Below are positions 7,795 through 10,154 of a DNA stretch of 10,154 nt, in pieces (within the stretch, counting starts at the first letter, position 1; each line of letters starts with the position of its first letter). Source of the stretch: Candidatus Heimdallarchaeota archaeon (GTDB lineage: Archaea; Asgardarchaeota; Heimdallarchaeia; Heimdallarchaeales; Heimdallarchaeaceae). The notes beneath the pieces were generated by a model. That model did not search any database. It was given only the letters and a program-made list of their open reading frames with translations, and was not told the origin of the DNA. The stretch lies in NCBI GenBank assembly GCA_019057375.1, contig DXJF01000052.1:1-10154 (forward strand), read 5' to 3'. The position numbers and the translations under genes were made by a program.

Positions 7795-8636
7795 GAAAGA
7801 ATATTCTTAATTTCCTCTTTGGGAACTCGAACAGAACCTAACCTACCTGAATCTCCATGAAAATCTGTTCCTCCTGTTATTAGTAAATCATTCTTTTTAC
7901 AATAGTCGTTAAGAAATTCGTTTCCTGCTTTAATTTTCCTTTTTGAAAGAAATGTCTCAATATGGCTGTAATCATAATAAACTTCAATTCCTTCAAGTTT
8001 CCAAGATATTAGTAACTCGAGGTATTCCTCTAATTTCTGTAGATTGTCACCCTCAACAAGCAATGGATGAGGAAGAACAGCTGTACCTTTCCCACTTAGA
8101 ATCAATTCTATTGCTTCTTGTGGGGTTATTGTTTCTCTTTGGACATAAGCTGGTTTTTCGTTTCCAAGATATTTCTCAAAAGCTTCATTTATTGTTTTTA
8201 CAATTTTCTTCTCGATCATCGCTCTTGCTAAATGTGGTCTTCCAGGACTAACTCCACTTCCTATTTGCTTTAAGATATCATCATAAGTAACATCTAGATT
8301 CATTTCGTTTAATTTCCTTAAGATTTTGAAGATTCTTTCATTTCTTTTTTCCTGAAGAAACACCATTCTCTCGTGTAATCTTGTACTTGTAGAATTAAAG
8401 TTATATCCTAAAATTTCTATTTTTGTTTGTTCATATCTTGCTGATAATTCAATTCCTGTAAGATAAGCAAAAGAATAATTAATTGACATCTTTTCAGCAA
8501 CATTGGTTCCTTCAATTGTATCATGATCAGTGATTGAAAATAGTTGTAATTTTTCTTTTTGAGCTAACTCAAGCAATTCTTCCGGGGAATAAATACCATC
8601 AGAAAAATTGGAGTGACAGTGCATATCAATTTTCGT
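7779..8636 (-). CDS. PHP-domain metal-dependent phosphoesterase (TrpH/YciV-like)
   Basis: KIDMHCHSNFSDG, SITDHDT, GIELS, GRPHLAR, FEKYLG..KPAYV, LPHP, LEGIEVYY, GGTDFHG. The track starts at ATG 8624. I extend it to ACG 8636, which restores MKIDMHCH and sits 6 nt after GAGGTG. Overlaps the convergent GDPD 3' end by 16 bp (7779-7794). Confidence 0.9.
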   Translation of the reverse strand, partial: TKIDMHCHSNFSDGIYSPEELLELAQKEKLQLFSITDHDTIEGTNVAEKMSINYSFAYLTGIELSARYEQTKIEILGYNFNSTSTRLHERMVFLQEKRNERIFKILRKLNEMNLDVTYDDILKQIGSGVSPGRPHLARAMIEKKIVKTINEAFEKYLGNEKPAYVQRETITPQEAIELILSGKGTAVLPHPLLVEGDNLQKLEEYLELLISWKLEGIEVYYDYSHIETFLSKRKIKAGNEFLNDYCKKNDLLITGGTDFHGDSGRLGSVRVPKEEIKNILSYFNL

Positions 8637-8639
8637 AGT

Positions 8640-9053
8640 CTACACCTCAACTCGATATAATTTTTTCAAAATAAGATCTAATTCTTCGAATATCTGATAT
8701 GTTAGGAAGATAATCGCGATGACCCATGTTAAAGCTATCAAAATGTAACTAAAATATATCTGGCTGTCAACGGTAAAAGAAATACCAATCATAATACCTT
8801 CAAGTGCTAATAATAAAGGGACTGTAAATGCGAATAATGGCCACCAGCTGATTTTTCTATGAACTTTAAGGTTTCCATTTTGTTGATGAACGAAGAATTT
8901 GATAAAAGCTACAGGAATAGCTACTTGACATGATAAGGTAATTTGTTTCTCTATTTTTTTCTTCACCTTTAGGGTATTTCTTTCTCTGGAAATAGCATCA
9001 ATCATTTCTATGAATTCATAATCTTTCAGAGCTAGATATTCGTACTCTTTCAT
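8640..9053 (-). CDS. Small hypothetical membrane protein, two C-terminal TM helices
   Basis: 137 aa packed 4 nt after the pcp stop and immediately before the PHP gene. Hydrophobic hairpin WWPLFAFTVPLLLALEGIMIGISF / IYFSYILIALTWVIAIIFLTYQIF. Confidence 0.7.
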   Translation of the reverse strand: MKEYEYLALKDYEFIEMIDAISRERNTLKVKKKIEKQITLSCQVAIPVAFIKFFVHQQNGNLKVHRKISWWPLFAFTVPLLLALEGIMIGISFTVDSQIYFSYILIALTWVIAIIFLTYQIFEELDLILKKLYRVEV

Positions 9054-9057
9054 ATTA

Positions 9058-9687
9058 TCACTTCTCAGATTTTTCTATATGTTTAATTGTTGAATAAATA
9101 ATGATTCCTAGAGCTTTGGTTGTTAGTTCCAATGACATTGAAGGAAGATTTTTACCAACAACTTGTTCAGGTAAAGATGGAACATGAACAAATCCTGCAG
9201 AAATATTTAGGTTTTCATTATTTATAAAATGCATTAAATGGAAGAAAATCTGATTACATCCATAAGAGCCTGCGTTATTAGAAATATTAACAGGAATTTT
9301 ATTTTCTTCCAAATCTCTTTTTATCTGTTGTAAAGGTAATGTAGAAAAATATCCTGCTGGAGCATCTTTTGATAGAATTTCGTTCTTTGGGGATTTTCCA
9401 CAGTTGTATGTTGATTTGATCACATCAGCAATATTAATAGCTACACGTTCTAGAGATATTCCATATTGGGATGATTGCCCTGTACAAATGACAGCTAAAG
9501 GACGTTCATATTGGATTAGTTGCTCAATAGTAATTCGAATCTCTTTATATCGCAAGGGAATTTCAGAGACTTTTACTATATATCCCTCTATTACTTTATA
9601 TTCATACTGTCTACATGCTTGTATAGAAGGATTAGTGTCTGAACCCCCAAATGGTTCAAAACCTGTCAGAAGAATAGTACCACTCAA
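9058..9687 (-). CDS. pcp: Pyrrolidone-carboxylate (pyroglutamyl) peptidase I, peptidase family C15
   Basis: ILLTGFEPFGG..NPS, ERVAIN (catalytic Glu), AGSYGCN (catalytic Cys), GFVHVP (catalytic His). Start placed at TTG 9687 because GGTGAT (9697-9692) lies 4 nt upstream. The track starts at TTG 9699. Confidence 0.93.
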   Translation of the reverse strand: MSGTILLTGFEPFGGSDTNPSIQACRQYEYKVIEGYIVKVSEIPLRYKEIRITIEQLIQYERPLAVICTGQSSQYGISLERVAINIADVIKSTYNCGKSPKNEILSKDAPAGYFSTLPLQQIKRDLEENKIPVNISNNAGSYGCNQIFFHLMHFINNENLNISAGFVHVPSLPEQVVGKNLPSMSLELTTKALGIIIYSTIKHIEKSEK

Positions 9688-9810
9688 TGTAATCACCAAA
9701 GTATTAGCCCTATGTAATTATAGTTTCATACTTTACTCATATTTTAAGTTTCTTTAGATTCAGTTGAAATGTTATGATTCTATGTTATTTCTGAAAAATC
9801 ATTTCAATCT

Positions 9811-9857
9811 AAAGGTTTTTAAAACTATTTTCCAGATTTCTGATTGTTAAAAAGGTG
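9811..9857 (+). promoter_or_regulatory. Candidate TATA box and Shine-Dalgarno site for the ORF at 9866
   Basis: Purine run AAAGG then TTTTTAAAA (9816-9824), about 40 nt before the ATG. AGGTG at 9853-9857, 8 nt before ATG 9866. Confidence 0.45.
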
Positions 9858-9865
9858 TAAAAATA

Positions 9866-10154
9866 ATGGCTGAAAGTGAGCTTCTAAAATTATCTGGTGT
9901 TGGATCTAAAGCTGCAAAAACATTAGAAGATTGTGGTTATAATACAATAGAAAAATTAGCTAAAGCAACAACAGAAGAATTATCTCAGTTACCAGGCATT
10001 GGTAAAGCTATAGCCAAAAAGATTATTGCTAGTGCTAAAGAAACTAAACCTGCTACTAAGGGTCCTACTGCTAAAAAACCTACTGCCAAAAAACCTGCTA
10101 CTAAGGTTCCTACTGCTAAAAAACCTACTGCCAAAAAACCTGCTACTAAGGTTC
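9866..10154 (+). CDS. N-terminal double HhH protein with Lys/Ala/Pro/Thr histone-H1-like repeat region, runs off the window
   Basis: Not in the ORF track because there is no stop in the window. MAESELLKLSGVGSKAAKTLEDCGYNTIEKLAKATTEELSQLPGIGKAIAKKIIASAKETKPATKGPTAKKPTAKKPATKVPTAKKPTAKKPATKV, 96 codons visible, with SD AGGTG. Confidence 0.88.
   Translation, partial: MAESELLKLSGVGSKAAKTLEDCGYNTIEKLAKATTEELSQLPGIGKAIAKKIIASAKETKPATKGPTAKKPTAKKPATKVPTAKKPTAKKPATKV
10046..10154 (+). repeat. In-frame 45-bp tandem repeat built from three related 15-bp subunits
   Basis: 10046-10090 aaacctgctactaagggtcctactgctaaaaaacctactgccaaa; 10091-10135 identical except one G>T; 10136-10154 is the start of a third copy. 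Encodes KPATK[G/V]PTAKKPTAK. Confidence 0.95.

Noticed and set aside
7943-9757. + strand ORFs 7943..8251 and 9404..9757
   Set aside because: Antisense to the PHP and pcp genes, which have full catalytic motifs.
10046-10154. Terminal repeat as a CRISPR array
   Set aside because: Units are directly adjacent with no unique spacers, are multiples of three and lie in an open frame.

Overview
AT-rich, gene-dense archaeal DNA. An Asgard (Heimdall-like) source is my inference from GGTG/GAGGTG ribosome-binding sites, GTG/TTG starts, archaeal-type HhH pairs and gene content. In order the window holds: a partial PfkB-family kinase (- strand, missed by the ORF track); a divergent ~10-TM protein resembling eukaryotic choline-transporter-like (SLC44/CTL/Pns1) proteins; a protein with a repetitive PSE-motif linker and C-terminal double HhH; mobB; a degenerate MobA-like protein; a 4-TM protein ending in a HEPN-type RNxxxH domain; a glycerophosphodiester phosphodiesterase; a convergent - strand unit (pcp, a 2-TM protein, a PHP phosphoesterase); and a partial ORF (also missed by the track) with an N-terminal double HhH and a histone-H1-like Lys/Ala/Pro/Thr tandem repeat. 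I saw no rRNA, tRNA, CRISPR array or mobile element. The best leads are the SLC44-like transporter, the membrane-anchored HEPN protein and the HhH plus H1-like-tail protein. All family calls come from motif recognition from memory, not from database searches.
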